Assembly (NCBI RefSeq): GCF_006345805.1 | Contig: NW_021828490.1 | Location: 1 to 8,182, forward strand | Origin: Octopus sinensis | Taxonomy: Eukaryota | Direction of reading: 5' to 3' | DNA length: 8,182 nucleotides | In this document: piece after piece, positions 7,752 through 8,182 of the stretch | How positions within the stretch are numbered: the first letter of the stretch is position 1 | How the letters are laid out: each line of letters opens with the position of its first letter | Program-made: the position numbers and the translations under genes | The notes under the pieces: generated by a model | Databases searched by the model: none | What the model was told of the DNA's origin: nothing | The model's input: only the letters and a program-made list of their open reading frames with translations

Positions 7752-8182
7752 AGAGAGAGACAGAGAGAGAGAGAGAGAGACAAACAGACACATAGCAGGT
7801 GGATTGAAAGATATATAGACAAATAGATGATAGATATATATATACATACATACATACGCACACGCATACATGCATGCATACACACATACATATATACATA
7901 CATACATACATACATACACACACATATACATACATACATACATACATACATACATACATACATACATACATAGATACATACATATATAACCAGTGAGAGA
8001 GTGAGGTAGAGTGAGAGGGTGAGAGAGATGAGAAGATAAAAATATAGATCAATAGATCGATACGTTGATAGATACATATATATATAGAGAGAGAGAGAAG
8101 GAGAGACGGCACGGATAGACAGATACATAGATGGATAGAGTGAGAGAGAGAGAGACAGACAGACAGACATATAGATGGACAT
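7752..8182. repeat. Compound (GA)n/(CATA)n/(TAGA)n/(CAGA)n microsatellite region
   Basis: Direct reading. (CATA)n dominates at ~7844-7985. Confidence 0.9.

Noticed and set aside
3265-8182. Many ORFs rich in YI/YV/CM/HT repeats (e.g. 4938..5687, 249 aa)
   Set aside because: They are translations of stop-poor (TA)n/(TATG)n/(CA)n microsatellites and are open on both strands in several frames.

Overview
This is AT-rich eukaryotic non-coding DNA. The repeat families and microsatellite load resemble octopus (coleoid cephalopod) genomes, which is inferred from recognition and not from a search. No host protein-coding gene is supportable. Bases 1-3135 are a nest of transposons: a decayed pogo/Tigger-like DNA transposon (minus strand, about 40-2391) interrupted by a non-autonomous Helitron (288-774), a scrambled cluster of CR1-type LINE 3' ends with (AAT)n tracts and a SINE fragment (835-1626), and a 135-bp insert that is a Helitron tail-to-head junction (about 1954-2088). 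SINE 3' tails and a second Helitron copy (2738-3135) follow. From about 3640 to the end the window is mostly (TA)n/(TATG)n/(CA)n/(GA)n microsatellite, with one near-full-length tRNA-derived SINE (6323-6732, minus) and small unique islands. The most notable item is the Helitron 3'-end/5'-end junction captured inside the Tigger transposase, which looks like a fossil of a circular or concatemeric rolling-circle intermediate.
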